Positions 9,588-19,707 of a stretch of 64,000 bases of DNA are shown here, in pieces. The position numbers and the translations under genes were made by a program. This stretch comes from a virus (lineage: Duplodnaviria > Caudoviricetes), in the IMG/VR virus record IMGVR_UViG_3300028888_000002, one strand, 5' to 3'. Below the pieces are notes generated by a model. The model had not been told where the DNA came from and searched no databases. It saw only the letters and a program-made list of their open reading frames with translations. How positions within the stretch are numbered: position 1 is the first letter of the stretch; each line of letters starts with the position of its first letter.

Positions 9588-10222
9588 TGTGCTTTCCTTT
9601 GTTGAGCAAGCAACGACCTAAATGGCTTCCAACTTAATTCACCCCCATTAGCTTTATATTGCTTATAGGCTTCTAAATCCCTGTGAATACTTGCGGTTGC
9701 TTTTTTAGTCATAGCTTTACGGTATTCTGTATTAGTCCCCCACAGACGCTTAATAACTTCTGCGTGTTCCTCACGCTTTTCAGCAGTCCATATCCGTTCT
9801 TGTGCATTATGCAGCTTACTATGGAACTCTTTTGTAGCCCGTATAGCTGCACAGGCTTCTTTAACGTGCAGGGTATGTTCGGGCGATTGCTTTACGCCTG
9901 TCTTTGCTTCGCTAATGTGCTGTCGGTGTTCTACCGTAAATTCGGGGACGTGCCCTTTCCCCCATAAGGTTTGTTTATACTTATCGGATAAATCCCTTGT
10001 AGAGTGCGTTCGGTTATGCTCCCGCCCGTTCATAAATACCAACTCACACGCAGGTCTGTTATAGAGTAACCCTAATTCCATAAGGTCCTTACGGGATAAA
10101 CCCATATCTTCAAACCTATGGTGAATATGGTATTTTTCTAAAGATTCCGTCGCTTCTTTAAACCCTTGAATAGTATCAATAGGCTCACAACAGTAAGCTA
10201 CCGCTTGCTTCTTGCTAAACAT
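9584..10222 (-). CDS. free-standing HNH homing endonuclease with NUMOD3-like repeats
   Basis: YHIHHR..LYNRPACELVFM...EHNRTH core; TVEHRQHISEAKTG and QSPEH motifs; AT-richer than flanks. Confidence 0.8.
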   Translation of the reverse strand: MFSKKQAVAYCCEPIDTIQGFKEATESLEKYHIHHRFEDMGLSRKDLMELGLLYNRPACELVFMNGREHNRTHSTRDLSDKYKQTLWGKGHVPEFTVEHRQHISEAKTGVKQSPEHTLHVKEACAAIRATKEFHSKLHNAQERIWTAEKREEHAEVIKRLWGTNTEYRKAMTKKATASIHRDLEAYKQYKANGGELSWKPFRSLLAQQRKAQ

Positions 10223-10224
10223 AA

Positions 10225-10320
10225 AAAGCCACCTCCAATTTGTTGGGGTTATTTACGCCCCGACGATGCATCAAATCGGAGGGGCTGTTTTTAATATAGC
10301 AACATTGCAACATTCTAGCA
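10225..10320 (-). promoter_or_regulatory. promoter and RBS-sequestering leader hairpin of HNH gene
   Basis: TTGCTA-N17-TATATT, then AGCCCCTCCGATTTG...CAAATTGGAGGTGGCT stem burying the GGAGG SD just before the ATG. Confidence 0.65.
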
Positions 10321-10331
10321 ATTACCGAAGT

Positions 10332-10631
10332 TTAAACGTCAACCTTAATGCTGTCAAGATACTGCTGAATGATAGCGTGAACACGCTGACGGGATATGCC
10401 CTCGTTAATGGCAATCTGCGAATAAGACATACCCTTTTCGTGCATTTCGTAGAACTTCTTTCCACGCAGGTCACGGTCTTCGGTAATCTTGCCCTTTACA
10501 GGACGGAAGCCCTGGTGCAAATGGGCACGGGCAAAATAGGCACATTGGGCATAAGTTTTGCCCTTCGGGATTTTGTTGTTCTTGACGGCTTCAATCTGTG
10601 TAGCCGTCCAATTCTTGTATGGAGTCAACAT
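10332..10631 (-). CDS. DNA-binding protein (Myb-like N-terminus, C-terminal HTH)
   Basis: GMSYSQIAINEGISRQRVHAII HTH; N-terminus resembles 58187..58570. Confidence 0.75.
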   Translation of the reverse strand: MLTPYKNWTATQIEAVKNNKIPKGKTYAQCAYFARAHLHQGFRPVKGKITEDRDLRGKKFYEMHEKGMSYSQIAINEGISRQRVHAIIQQYLDSIKVDV

Positions 10632-10641
10632 ATAGCACCTC

Positions 10642-10773
10642 TCATTTATAAAACAATTCTTGTATCATTGTTACAGCATATAGAGCGAATATGGATATTG
10701 CTATCATCGTGACGAGAATACACACGACGACAAAAGATATGGTCCCTAACGCTCTTAATCCACGCCAAAACAT
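10642..10773 (-). CDS. small membrane peptide (43 aa)
   Basis: Hand-translated MFWRGLRALGTISFVVVCILVTMIAISIFALYAVTMIQELFYK; one hydrophobic helix. Confidence 0.5.
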   Translation of the reverse strand: MFWRGLRALGTISFVVVCILVTMIAISIFALYAVTMIQELFYK

Positions 10774-10802
10774 CTGTCAATACCTATATAGCAACAAAGC
10801 TG

Positions 10803-10958
10803 CTATTCTTCGTCTTCCCGCAGCAATTCCAGGTGAGTAGTCGTCGTGGGCGGTTGCATAGCCATAAACGCTTCTGCCTTTGATTCCGTCGTGAAAAGAC
10901 GATACTTTGGCTTGTATGCGGGGTTAGTAGATTCACAGACTACCAAAAACTTAATCAT
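10803..10958 (-). CDS. small hypothetical protein (51 aa)
   Basis: ATG overlaps upstream TGA; fills gap. Confidence 0.5.
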   Translation of the reverse strand: MIKFLVVCESTNPAYKPKYRLFTTESKAEAFMAMQPPTTTTHLELLREDEE

Positions 10959-11446
10959 TGCAATTCCCTCCCACAAATGGGACAGAACAAGATACTATCG
11001 CTAGAAATCTGCAAGTCTTCGTTGAGTGGTGACGCTTTAAGGACATAGCCCTTTTCACTGTCACGGACAACCTGGAACGTGCTGTCGTCCCCGAAGTCTT
11101 CGCCCCCGATACCCACTTCAAGCAGACCGCAGTTGCAGTGCGGGCACTTGTTGGGTATCATAGCCTTTGCCTTTTCGGTCAGCTTCAATCCCAGGGGGTT
11201 CTTACCAATGTCAGCCCTGGCACGGTAGTTACGCTCAAGCTGCATAGCGTCGTTGGCTAGGTCGTAAAGGTGAGAATGGATTACCTGGAAGTCAAGGTAG
11301 CAGGAATGGACCACATCAAGTTTTTCCTTGTATTCGGGGTGTTCCTTAATAAGTTCTTCCAGGAACTTGCCACAGTCCAATTCGTTCGCCTTACGGACAA
11401 GGGGCTTCAAACTCTTTGCGTAGTCGTGGAAATCCTTGAAGTTCAT
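10955..11446 (-). CDS. zinc-ribbon hypothetical protein
   Basis: CPHC and terminal FCPICGREL. Confidence 0.7.
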   Translation of the reverse strand: MNFKDFHDYAKSLKPLVRKANELDCGKFLEELIKEHPEYKEKLDVVHSCYLDFQVIHSHLYDLANDAMQLERNYRARADIGKNPLGLKLTEKAKAMIPNKCPHCNCGLLEVGIGGEDFGDDSTFQVVRDSEKGYVLKASPLNEDLQISSDSILFCPICGRELQ

Positions 11447-12351
11447 TCCTCCTCCACTTCTGCGAACAGGACGGAGTTGAACGGGGTCTTCGTGCCCTTA
11501 ATCCAAACAAGCGTGTAGCTGTTATAGACTTCAATATCGGTCAATTCGTAGATTTCGCCCACGGTGAGTTCGCCCTTGTCGTCGCCCCACCACCCCGAAT
11601 TTTTGTCGTTTCGTATGCACTTGATTTTACGGGGTTCGTGGTTATCAATGTCAAGTTCACCGAACATAAGGGAACGCCTGGATTCCTTGCTTTCGGGATT
11701 ATCCTTGTGGCTTCCGAAAGACGGGGGGACATTGATAGCCAGGTGCGTAATCCTTACAAGGTATAATTCGTTGTCGTTTCCTTTTTCAAACTCACCGCAA
11801 AGCGTCACGTCGGACGTAAAGCCGTTCAATACAAGCGTCTTCAAAGTCTGCCCGCAGAGGTAGCGGTGCGAATCCACATTCACCACCGCCACAAGCCCGT
11901 GTTCCTTGTCGGGACGGATAGTCGCAACGCTACCAACCTTGTAAACCAAGTTGGCTGCTGTAGCCGACGGCTTTTCGTTTGTCGGGAGCAGTGAAGCGGG
12001 ACGCATATTTTCGGGCAACTCCAAAAAGTCCGCAATAACCCGTTCCGAAACACGATACTTGCGACCGTCGTTCGTGAAATTCACGGGGATTTCCACGACG
12101 GTAATGTTTCTAGGCTTCTGCGAACTAAACGGGTCCGCAGGGTCGCCACTGTCGGTCTTTTCCAGGAAGCCTTGAACTTCCTTAAAGTCCGTGTGGGAGT
12201 TTATAAGGTAATTCAAGCAGGTTGTAAATTCCTTTGCAGCCTTGACCCAATCTTCGTTTTCAAGGGCTTCACCGTTCGCATACTTGTCAGCGTTCATTTT
12301 AATGGTGTCAGCCACGTAGTAAAGTTTGTTCTTGATTTCTTCTCTTGTCAT
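11443..12351 (-). CDS. multidomain hypothetical protein
   Basis: Start moved to MTREEIK; C-terminal LTVGEIYE..FNSVLF small phage domain. Confidence 0.7.
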   Translation of the reverse strand: MTREEIKNKLYYVADTIKMNADKYANGEALENEDWVKAAKEFTTCLNYLINSHTDFKEVQGFLEKTDSGDPADPFSSQKPRNITVVEIPVNFTNDGRKYRVSERVIADFLELPENMRPASLLPTNEKPSATAANLVYKVGSVATIRPDKEHGLVAVVNVDSHRYLCGQTLKTLVLNGFTSDVTLCGEFEKGNDNELYLVRITHLAINVPPSFGSHKDNPESKESRRSLMFGELDIDNHEPRKIKCIRNDKNSGWWGDDKGELTVGEIYELTDIEVYNSYTLVWIKGTKTPFNSVLFAEVEEE

Positions 12352-12355
12352 AGGA

Positions 12356-12538
12356 TTAACCCCCGAAAACAGTTTCAATGTAACCGTCCAGGGCGAAAGC
12401 ACCCAGGAGGACAAGGGCACCTGCGATGCCCTGTGCCCAATAGACGACCTTTGCAACCCTAGCCTTGTGGCGGTTGTAAGCGGTCCAGGAAGAATATCCG
12501 TTAGGAATGTATTCGTTGAAATGGAAATTGTTAGCCAT
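12356..12538 (-). CDS. small membrane protein
   Basis: GGAGG RBS; C-terminal hydrophobic helix. Confidence 0.6.
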   Translation of the reverse strand: MANNFHFNEYIPNGYSSWTAYNRHKARVAKVVYWAQGIAGALVLLGAFALDGYIETVFGG

Positions 12539-12555
12539 TGTGGTTGTCCTCCAGG

Positions 12556-12870
12556 TTAAATCTTTTCGTGTTCAATGCGGTAGATTTCGGCTTCCACCTT
12601 TTCCATATAGGTGTCCGTGACTTCGCCAACGGTTACGTCCTTAATGCCCGCAAACGCAGCTTCAAGAGCAGTCTTGCATAAGGCTGCAACTTCGGCAGAC
12701 TTGAAAGCGTAGGTTGCGTGATACCTGCTGCAAAAACCGCCATTGTAGCAGAACTTTGCGTCAGCGAACTTCTTTGCGATACGCCCCACTTTGGAAGCGT
12801 AATTGATAATGTAGGTGACGCTAACCGTAAACGGGTAGGTCTGCAATGTTTGGTAGTCGGCAGTAATCAT
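12556..12870 (-). CDS. hypothetical early protein
   Basis: First gene after strong promoter; leader GACAACCAC..AACCGAGG; start MITADY. Confidence 0.7.
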   Translation of the reverse strand: MITADYQTLQTYPFTVSVTYIINYASKVGRIAKKFADAKFCYNGGFCSRYHATYAFKSAEVAALCKTALEAAFAGIKDVTVGEVTDTYMEKVEAEIYRIEHEKI

Positions 12871-12914
12871 TTTGGAAGCCTCGGTTAAAGTGGTTGTCTT
12901 TCCTTTACACCCTA

Positions 12915-12958
12915 AATATAACAAAATACCTGTGTGGTGTCAACAGGTATTGTTAAAA
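12915..12958 (-). promoter_or_regulatory. sigma70-type promoter with inverted-repeat operator
   Basis: TTGACA-N17-TATATT; AATACCTG..CAGGTATT flanks the -35. Confidence 0.8.
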
Positions 12959-12977
12959 ATGATATGTTAAATTTAGT

Positions 12978-13694
12978 TTACACTACTTCAAAATCACGGG
13001 GCTTGTTCCGTATCGGGAAGTCGTGTTCACGGATTAGGTCCACGTAGGTCTGCAAGGACTCACGGTAGTCCTGGTGTTGGTCGGAGTCGCCACCTACTTT
13101 ACCGTTGAGCAGAGTTTCATTAGTCATAGCTACGCACAAATGCAGGTGTTCGCATTCAAGACCGAGGAATTGGTCTTCGCTGCCCCACTTGTTGAAGCGT
13201 GGCTCAAACAGGAACCCGTGGTTGTATGCCATTACGTCCTGTATCGCACCCACACGCATACAGAACCCGCAGGAATAGAACGGGTTGCACAACGTCCCTG
13301 TGTCCACGACCGTGGCACCGCTCAAAGGGACGAAAATCTTTTGGTGCCGTGCGTCGTGTTCGCAGGAATACAGCATACAATCAATGCTGTATGTCCGCAT
13401 AAGGTTTAGGACCTTTTCGGGGTTGTATTCCGTCGGGTAGCGGTCCCCGTCAAAGAACTCAACGTAGTCGTTGTAATCGGGCGAAAATTCCCGTAGAATA
13501 AACTGCAAGCCCGTGTTACGGTTCATTCCCCTATGACCTGCCGACGGCATAAGGACATAGCGACAGCCCAGGGCTTCGCATTCCTTAATGTCTTCGGCAG
13601 TCGGAGCGTCAAACACGAACACGGTATGGTCGTCGTGCGGGAACTTTCGGATATTTTCCGTTTGGTTATGGGATAGAATTACACGATAGAGCAT
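12978..13694 (-). CDS. glycosyltransferase (GT-A/GT2-like)
   Basis: VFVFD, RGMNRNTGL, FFDGD DxD motif, FEPRFNKWGSEDQ. Confidence 0.7.
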   Translation of the reverse strand: MLYRVILSHNQTENIRKFPHDDHTVFVFDAPTAEDIKECEALGCRYVLMPSAGHRGMNRNTGLQFILREFSPDYNDYVEFFDGDRYPTEYNPEKVLNLMRTYSIDCMLYSCEHDARHQKIFVPLSGATVVDTGTLCNPFYSCGFCMRVGAIQDVMAYNHGFLFEPRFNKWGSEDQFLGLECEHLHLCVAMTNETLLNGKVGGDSDQHQDYRESLQTYVDLIREHDFPIRNKPRDFEVV

Positions 13695-13697
13695 AGG

Positions 13698-15431
13698 CTA
13701 ATACTTCATAACGTAAATAGACCCATTCAACTTCACGAACAGCATTTCGCCCCTGGCGATTTCAGCCAAAGCGTTACCGCCATTGGACGGGGAAGCGTTG
13801 TCATACGTGAAGGCTTGTTTTACGAGGTTCATATACACGTCGGACGTATTACCCGATATGCCCTTACCTGTGCTTCCCCAATAGTTCGGGGGCACAAAGG
13901 ACGTGTCTTTACAGAAATATACTGTAGTTGTAGGCAAATGACTACCGTCCTTGTCCTGCGAGAACAAGTTAGCCTGTGCGGTAGAACCCGTCGGGTTCGC
14001 CACAGTCCCAAACGGCAACAGCATATGGTGAACCCTTACCGTGTAGATAACACCGTCAACAAGTTCGTCGTAGTCAATATATAAACTATTACTCGGAGTC
14101 CACCATCGGCAGTTTTGGTCGGTCTTAATAGTTTCCCATTTTACGGTATTGTCGGTAGGTGCAAAGATAGCTCCCCACGTATAGTAATCTAGTTCCGTAG
14201 CACCCTTAAATTTGAACGAAGCCGTCTTACTATTGTAATAGAATGAAATAGACCCCTGGTAATCGGGACAATCCTCCTTGACGGTTATAAAGGACGCACC
14301 GTTGCGGATAACACAAATCCTTGCCCAATCCCAATTAGTTGCGGGGTCGGTCCCACTACTTTTCATAGAATAGGCATAGCGGGTATTCACGCTATCGTCA
14401 AACAACAGCGGGATTGCCGTAATGTCAAAATTGGACAATACAACTTTTTCCGAACCTCCACCGCCACCACCTGCGGAGGCAGTCTTCCAGGTAACGGAAC
14501 CGTTCTTATGAATAGTGACGACTTTGCCTTCGTCCAAATTAGAGAAGCGAATTTCGTCGGAGTCGTAGCCACACGCTTGATAACGGGAAGACGCATAGGC
14601 GTGAGCCACAATAAGGACAACTTCGCAGCCCCATTCCATTGTAGCCATAATTTGCTGATACAGACCAGGCTTACTCGTTGTCGGGGTCAAGTTACCGCCA
14701 GGGCTTTGAGAAACAATACCATAATTGGCTACAATACCACCGCCCTGCATCCAATTAGCATAAACGACAAACGGAACGTAACCGTCCCAATAACCGCCAG
14801 GGTTGGCAGTGAAACGGCTACCCGATAGACAATCCTGTGCTATGACTTGACCGCCTTGCCTACCCTCAAAATCGGTAGTGGCTCCCGAAACTGTTTTGTA
14901 AGCACCGACCTTAACCACACCATTGTTAGAAATGCCATTCGTATGAATTAACGGTGCAAGGGGCGTGGACCAAAAGTTGAAGCCCCCAGGTAAAGAAGAC
15001 GCAGCGTAAGGATATGCAGAATAAATGTTAATCATATCCTTTGTGACAGCCATATTCCAACTGCCATTCAACTTGAAGTCGCTGCAATCTATGAACGTGC
15101 TGTCATTCAAAAAACGGCTATCCAGGATTAGTCTTACGTCCGAGGGAAGTTTACCGCTTATGAAAATGTTAAGGGGCGGTTTTACCTGTGGACCACGCCA
15201 CGGGGCAGATGCACCGTCCAATTCACGGATAATTAGTTCCCCCAGGTCCACATTACGATAGCCCGAACTATCCCTTGACGGGGATATAGCTTCAATAACG
15301 TTGTCAATCTTTTCCTGCGTGATTACGAAATCATAATGGATAGCTTCTGCCAACTGATTAGCGTTTACAGGCTTAAAAATATCGTTTGGGCGATAATCGG
15401 TGTGGATTTCGTTATTCGGGTTATTCAGCAT
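13698..15431 (-). CDS. putative tail fibre / receptor-binding protein
   Basis: 577 aa, Gly/Ser/Thr/Asn-rich beta composition, poly-Gly linker. Confidence 0.5.
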   Translation of the reverse strand: MLNNPNNEIHTDYRPNDIFKPVNANQLAEAIHYDFVITQEKIDNVIEAISPSRDSSGYRNVDLGELIIRELDGASAPWRGPQVKPPLNIFISGKLPSDVRLILDSRFLNDSTFIDCSDFKLNGSWNMAVTKDMINIYSAYPYAASSLPGGFNFWSTPLAPLIHTNGISNNGVVKVGAYKTVSGATTDFEGRQGGQVIAQDCLSGSRFTANPGGYWDGYVPFVVYANWMQGGGIVANYGIVSQSPGGNLTPTTSKPGLYQQIMATMEWGCEVVLIVAHAYASSRYQACGYDSDEIRFSNLDEGKVVTIHKNGSVTWKTASAGGGGGGSEKVVLSNFDITAIPLLFDDSVNTRYAYSMKSSGTDPATNWDWARICVIRNGASFITVKEDCPDYQGSISFYYNSKTASFKFKGATELDYYTWGAIFAPTDNTVKWETIKTDQNCRWWTPSNSLYIDYDELVDGVIYTVRVHHMLLPFGTVANPTGSTAQANLFSQDKDGSHLPTTTVYFCKDTSFVPPNYWGSTGKGISGNTSDVYMNLVKQAFTYDNASPSNGGNALAEIARGEMLFVKLNGSIYVMKY

Positions 15432-15470
15432 ATCGGAAACCTCTTTTCCTTAAAAATAACTTTTTATTCC

Positions 15471-18386
15471 CTACAACGCTTCGGTCGCAGCGATAATTTT
15501 AGCTCTAAAATCATACACGGAGTTCACGAACTTTTCAATCTTGTCGGCATAGTCCTTGAAGATTTCAAATCGGAACGGGGAATACTGCCCGTTGTTTTCG
15601 GGCAACTGCCCAATGAACTGCGGGGTGGAAATATGGAACTCCGACAAGTCGTCCTGCAAGTTCTTCAAGCGTTCACCGTTATCACCGCAAAGCCCCGCCA
15701 AATTATAAGCTAAAAGATACAATTCGTGGATAATATCCATAAGCGACCACTTTTCGGGGTCCACGTATTTAGCACACTTCGGAATAGGATTACGCATAGT
15801 GATATAGTGGTATTCGTCACCGCTAGGGCTTACAGCGTCCACAGACAGGAACGAACCCAGGCTAGGACTGCCCGACAACTTTGACACCGATATGCTTTCG
15901 CACGGGAACACATAGAACGTATAAGAGTCGTTTGACCCGTAGGACTTCGTTGTGCTTTCCAACGCTTCGTGAACAATCGCCATTTGCATAGAGCGGGTCT
16001 GCGACACGTAGCTAGAATGGTAAAACAGGATATGCCCAGGGTTGGCGATTTCGTAATACAGGCTTGAACCCGATTTGACCTTTGCGTATTTTGCGACAAA
16101 TTCAAGGTAGGGCATTTCCTTGTAATGCCAGGACTGCATAGAAAGTAAATCGCCATAGACACCGAAGCACGGGAACTTCGTTTCTCGCCCGTGGTCTATT
16201 GAATAGCCGATAATGTCAGCAAGTTCTTCGTTGACGCTAGTTGCCGATTCATTGAACGAACGGTAATAGGTCACGAACGTAGTAGGTGCCTGGGCTTCTT
16301 CGGCAGACGCAGGAACCTTGCCGTCGGGGAAGAAGATATTGCCCAGGTAAACAGATTCGTTCTTTACTAGAACTTTCGCAAGGTTTAGCTGTGCGGACTT
16401 GTGCTTGTAAAGGGATTCGGAAACGGGACCCAATGCTTTCGGCTGTGCCGTGGCTGCGTCAAGGGCTGCGTATTGCTCCATAAGGATAGCGTCGTCGTTT
16501 ACGTTGTCGCCACCCTGGTAGCCGACGGTCATAGGCTCACGGGTATCGTTCCCCTGGTCGTCCTTTGCAGGCGTGTCTTTTACAGGAGTAGCCACATTCA
16601 GCCCTGCCGTGACATTTGTCATATTCGCAATAATGTAACCCGCCACGCAGTTGAACTCTATGCTACGGTTTCGGACTTGATAATTCGTAGAATCATTAGA
16701 CGGGAACATAACGAACCCGATGCCGTCCGTAGGATATGCCACGTTCACGCTGTCACCCTCGGCAACGGTCTGCCCGCCCGAAGACGTTTGTATGACCTGC
16801 CCGCTCTTTTTGTTCACCTTGTAAGCGACAAACGGGACACCCAAATTACGGTTCCAATCGTCGTTTACACCGCTTACAGGGTTAAACGACGGAGCAGCCA
16901 TATACACTTCGTCGTCGTTCAAGCTGCCGTCCTTACCGCTGATTACGTGGGCAGCTTCATTGAACGCAGACATAATAGCGTCATACATTTTTTCATACGC
17001 ATTTTCTGTGGGTTCAAGGACGTTGTTGTTTTCAAACTCAACGACCATTTGTCGCCATATCGCAGTCATTTGATTTTCCACTATGTCAGCGAACCCGCTG
17101 TCAAGCCTCCACCTGTCGTAGTTCTTACCGCTAGGGTGGACATTGTTTACGTCCATTTGCAACAGCCAAAACTGCGTAATCGTGGACGGTTCAACACCGT
17201 AAGCCTGGAAGCCTTCCAGGATATAGTTGAGCAGCATATTGTAGGCGGTTTCGTAACGCTGCTGCCATTGGTCCATAAGTGCCACGAACGTTTCCGTGAA
17301 AATCGGGGCAAAGATTTCGGACACGCTAGGCTTGTCACTGTCACCGTCCGAAACTTCAACGTTCGTGCCGTTAAGCGACATTTTGTCAGTATCTAACTGT
17401 GCGAACGTGTGACCCACACGCAACGGCTTTGCAGACCCCTCGCCATACGAACGCCTGGGGTAGAAAGCGTTAATCGCAGGTAGATATTCGTTAGTGTAGG
17501 AACTGCCCCAATACTGCAAGGCACGTTCAAGCATATACATTGTATTGGGCAGGTAATACGGGGTGCCGTCAAGATACCAGGTGTCGGGGTTTTGATAGTC
17601 AAACTTGCCGATATACGAAGCCTGCCTTACGACCATTTTCGGGTCGGGAACAGGTAACGGGAGCGGTGTAAATCCCCGTCCTGGCGGGTTGTTATTAAGG
17701 TCTATTTGGTGGACGGTCCCGTTGCTCTTTGACGGGATTGGCAGCTTATACCAATACGCACAGGTGACGTTCGGAACAATGCTGTCAAGCAGCGGGAGCG
17801 GTGTAATCTTGAAATACAGGGCACCCCAATACTGCTGTATCATTCCCAGGTAGGATTCCAGGCACAGCAGCCCGTCGGTCATAGAAATAAGGGCTAGGAT
17901 TGTCTGCTTAATGGTAGCCTTTACACCCGAAAGCAAATCGCCCGCAAGACTGCCTGTCTGCGTGGCAAGAATGCCCATAGCATCGTAAAGTGCCCAATAG
18001 TTAGCTTCGCCCATATAGCGACGCAGGATAGGCGTGTCCTGGACGATTTCCCAGGCTTCCTTTGCGAAATCCAGGGTGAACGTCCCCGTGAAATCTGCAC
18101 CCAGGTCGTTAATTTTCCCAAGCAGTTCCGCATACATTTCTTCAATCTGCTTCAAGCGGTCCAACCAATCGTTCAACCACTTGTCAATCTGCTTCAACGA
18201 AGACTTCTTACCCTTAATGAGCGGACCCATTAGCGTATGAAGCGTGTCATACGCATTACGGGCACCCAGGACGGCTGCGGAAACATACGGGTTGTTGTCC
18301 TCGGCTGCAATAGCTACGTTGTCGTCCATTATGCTGTCGGACGGCTTTTCCTTGAACAACGAACCGATTTTGGAAAAAAGGTTCAT
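15471..18386 (-). CDS. large hypothetical (probable virion) protein
   Basis: 971 aa ORF adjacent to fibre-like gene. Confidence 0.65.
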   Translation of the reverse strand: MNLFSKIGSLFKEKPSDSIMDDNVAIAAEDNNPYVSAAVLGARNAYDTLHTLMGPLIKGKKSSLKQIDKWLNDWLDRLKQIEEMYAELLGKINDLGADFTGTFTLDFAKEAWEIVQDTPILRRYMGEANYWALYDAMGILATQTGSLAGDLLSGVKATIKQTILALISMTDGLLCLESYLGMIQQYWGALYFKITPLPLLDSIVPNVTCAYWYKLPIPSKSNGTVHQIDLNNNPPGRGFTPLPLPVPDPKMVVRQASYIGKFDYQNPDTWYLDGTPYYLPNTMYMLERALQYWGSSYTNEYLPAINAFYPRRSYGEGSAKPLRVGHTFAQLDTDKMSLNGTNVEVSDGDSDKPSVSEIFAPIFTETFVALMDQWQQRYETAYNMLLNYILEGFQAYGVEPSTITQFWLLQMDVNNVHPSGKNYDRWRLDSGFADIVENQMTAIWRQMVVEFENNNVLEPTENAYEKMYDAIMSAFNEAAHVISGKDGSLNDDEVYMAAPSFNPVSGVNDDWNRNLGVPFVAYKVNKKSGQVIQTSSGGQTVAEGDSVNVAYPTDGIGFVMFPSNDSTNYQVRNRSIEFNCVAGYIIANMTNVTAGLNVATPVKDTPAKDDQGNDTREPMTVGYQGGDNVNDDAILMEQYAALDAATAQPKALGPVSESLYKHKSAQLNLAKVLVKNESVYLGNIFFPDGKVPASAEEAQAPTTFVTYYRSFNESATSVNEELADIIGYSIDHGRETKFPCFGVYGDLLSMQSWHYKEMPYLEFVAKYAKVKSGSSLYYEIANPGHILFYHSSYVSQTRSMQMAIVHEALESTTKSYGSNDSYTFYVFPCESISVSKLSGSPSLGSFLSVDAVSPSGDEYHYITMRNPIPKCAKYVDPEKWSLMDIIHELYLLAYNLAGLCGDNGERLKNLQDDLSEFHISTPQFIGQLPENNGQYSPFRFEIFKDYADKIEKFVNSVYDFRAKIIAATEAL

Positions 18387-18389
18387 AGG

Positions 18390-18827
18390 CTATTTCTTCT
18401 TGTTGTCGGGAAGTGCAGGGGCGTTCATATTGACACGGTTCAAGATACCCTTTGCCATAAGGTAGTTAATGTATGCAAGCAAATGCTTGCACGGAGCAGC
18501 TACCTGCTTCGGGTTATTGATTTTCTTGTTGACGTGACCCGTTCCAGGATAGGTGGACCCGATTTTTGCAAGCGGGTCCTGGACGTAGTATTGGAACGCA
18601 GGACAAGAGCAGAAAATGTAAGACACGGGACTTTGGAAATTGACCTTGCCCGTTTCGTCCTTCTGCAATTCCACTTCCATAGTGTATAAGCCGTTGGACC
18701 CCGTGGCTGTCCCTTTAAGCAGGACGTAATGACCGTTATGCTTTGCGGAACTGTGACGGACCTTTGGAGTTACCTTTGGGGAAAACACCTTTGAATAGTT
18801 GTCAGCTAGATTTTTTAGCGTAAGCAT
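18390..18827 (-). CDS. SWIM zinc-finger protein
   Basis: CSCPAF...PCKHL. Confidence 0.75.
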   Translation of the reverse strand: MLTLKNLADNYSKVFSPKVTPKVRHSSAKHNGHYVLLKGTATGSNGLYTMEVELQKDETGKVNFQSPVSYIFCSCPAFQYYVQDPLAKIGSTYPGTGHVNKKINNPKQVAAPCKHLLAYINYLMAKGILNRVNMNAPALPDNKKK

Positions 18828-18845
18828 TTTGCATACCTCGGTAAT

Positions 18846-19679
18846 TTAAGCGGACTGCACCCAACCGCTATCGGTGTAGTAGAAACCGTTCTTTGACACG
18901 GTGTAGGGCATTACGGTAGCGTCCTGGGTATGAGCCACGATAGGGGCATCCGTGGACGGCTTACTGTAAAAGAAACTGTCGGCTGCGACGTTCACGGTCC
19001 CGCCTTCGGGCATAGGACTAGGCGACGGCACAGGGGTATCTTCTTCAATTTCATTCAAGAGCATAGCGACGTTGCTCTTGAACGTTTCAAAACCCGCTTC
19101 GGCACCAGGGGCGTTGCACCACATCGCAGGGCATAGCTTACCCGTGATTTGGTTGTGCATAATGATATTGCTTACCTTGATACCAAATTCGTCGCAAAGC
19201 CACGCAGTAAGCTGCACGGCTTTCATATAGGTTTCGTCGTTGAAATACCACCCGTCGTCCATAGGGTCACAGCATTTACGCCCCGTCTTGCAGGAACAGA
19301 TTTCCACGTTAATGGTGTTAGCGTGACCCGCCACACCTGCGTGGCTCATAGAGAGCGGACCCTTGTAGGTTGAGGGACCCCAACCAGGGACTTCACAGGC
19401 GTTCTTTTTACCCACACGGGACCCACAGCTATACGTGCAGAAATGGGTCTTCGGGTTCACCATTTCCCAAATAGCGGATTTACCCACAAGATAGTGAGCG
19501 TTTGAGCCACGCTCCGCATACGACTTGTAGGCTGCGAGCATACCCGCAGGACCGTCGCTGTTACTTGAAAAACCCGAAGTGAAATGAATGACAATATAGG
19601 CGGGAGCGTTCCTGCCCCACCTTGTAATGTTAGCCCATAGCTTGTGGGCTGACGATATGGACGGTTTACTGACAGCCAT
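18846..19679 (-). CDS. N-acetylmuramoyl-L-alanine amidase (endolysin)
   Basis: YIVIHFT, AHYLV, SHAG..NTINVEIC, IIMHNQITGKLCP; Pro-rich linker and short C-terminal binding domain. Confidence 0.88.
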   Translation of the reverse strand: MAVSKPSISSAHKLWANITRWGRNAPAYIVIHFTSGFSSNSDGPAGMLAAYKSYAERGSNAHYLVGKSAIWEMVNPKTHFCTYSCGSRVGKKNACEVPGWGPSTYKGPLSMSHAGVAGHANTINVEICSCKTGRKCCDPMDDGWYFNDETYMKAVQLTAWLCDEFGIKVSNIIMHNQITGKLCPAMWCNAPGAEAGFETFKSNVAMLLNEIEEDTPVPSPSPMPEGGTVNVAADSFFYSKPSTDAPIVAHTQDATVMPYTVSKNGFYYTDSGWVQSA

Positions 19680-19707
19680 ACCTTAAATATACATTATTTG
19701 TAGAAAG

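Noticed and set aside
9584-10222. Group I intron around the HNH gene
   Set aside because: Flanking genes are complete and the HNH has its own promoter, so it is free-standing
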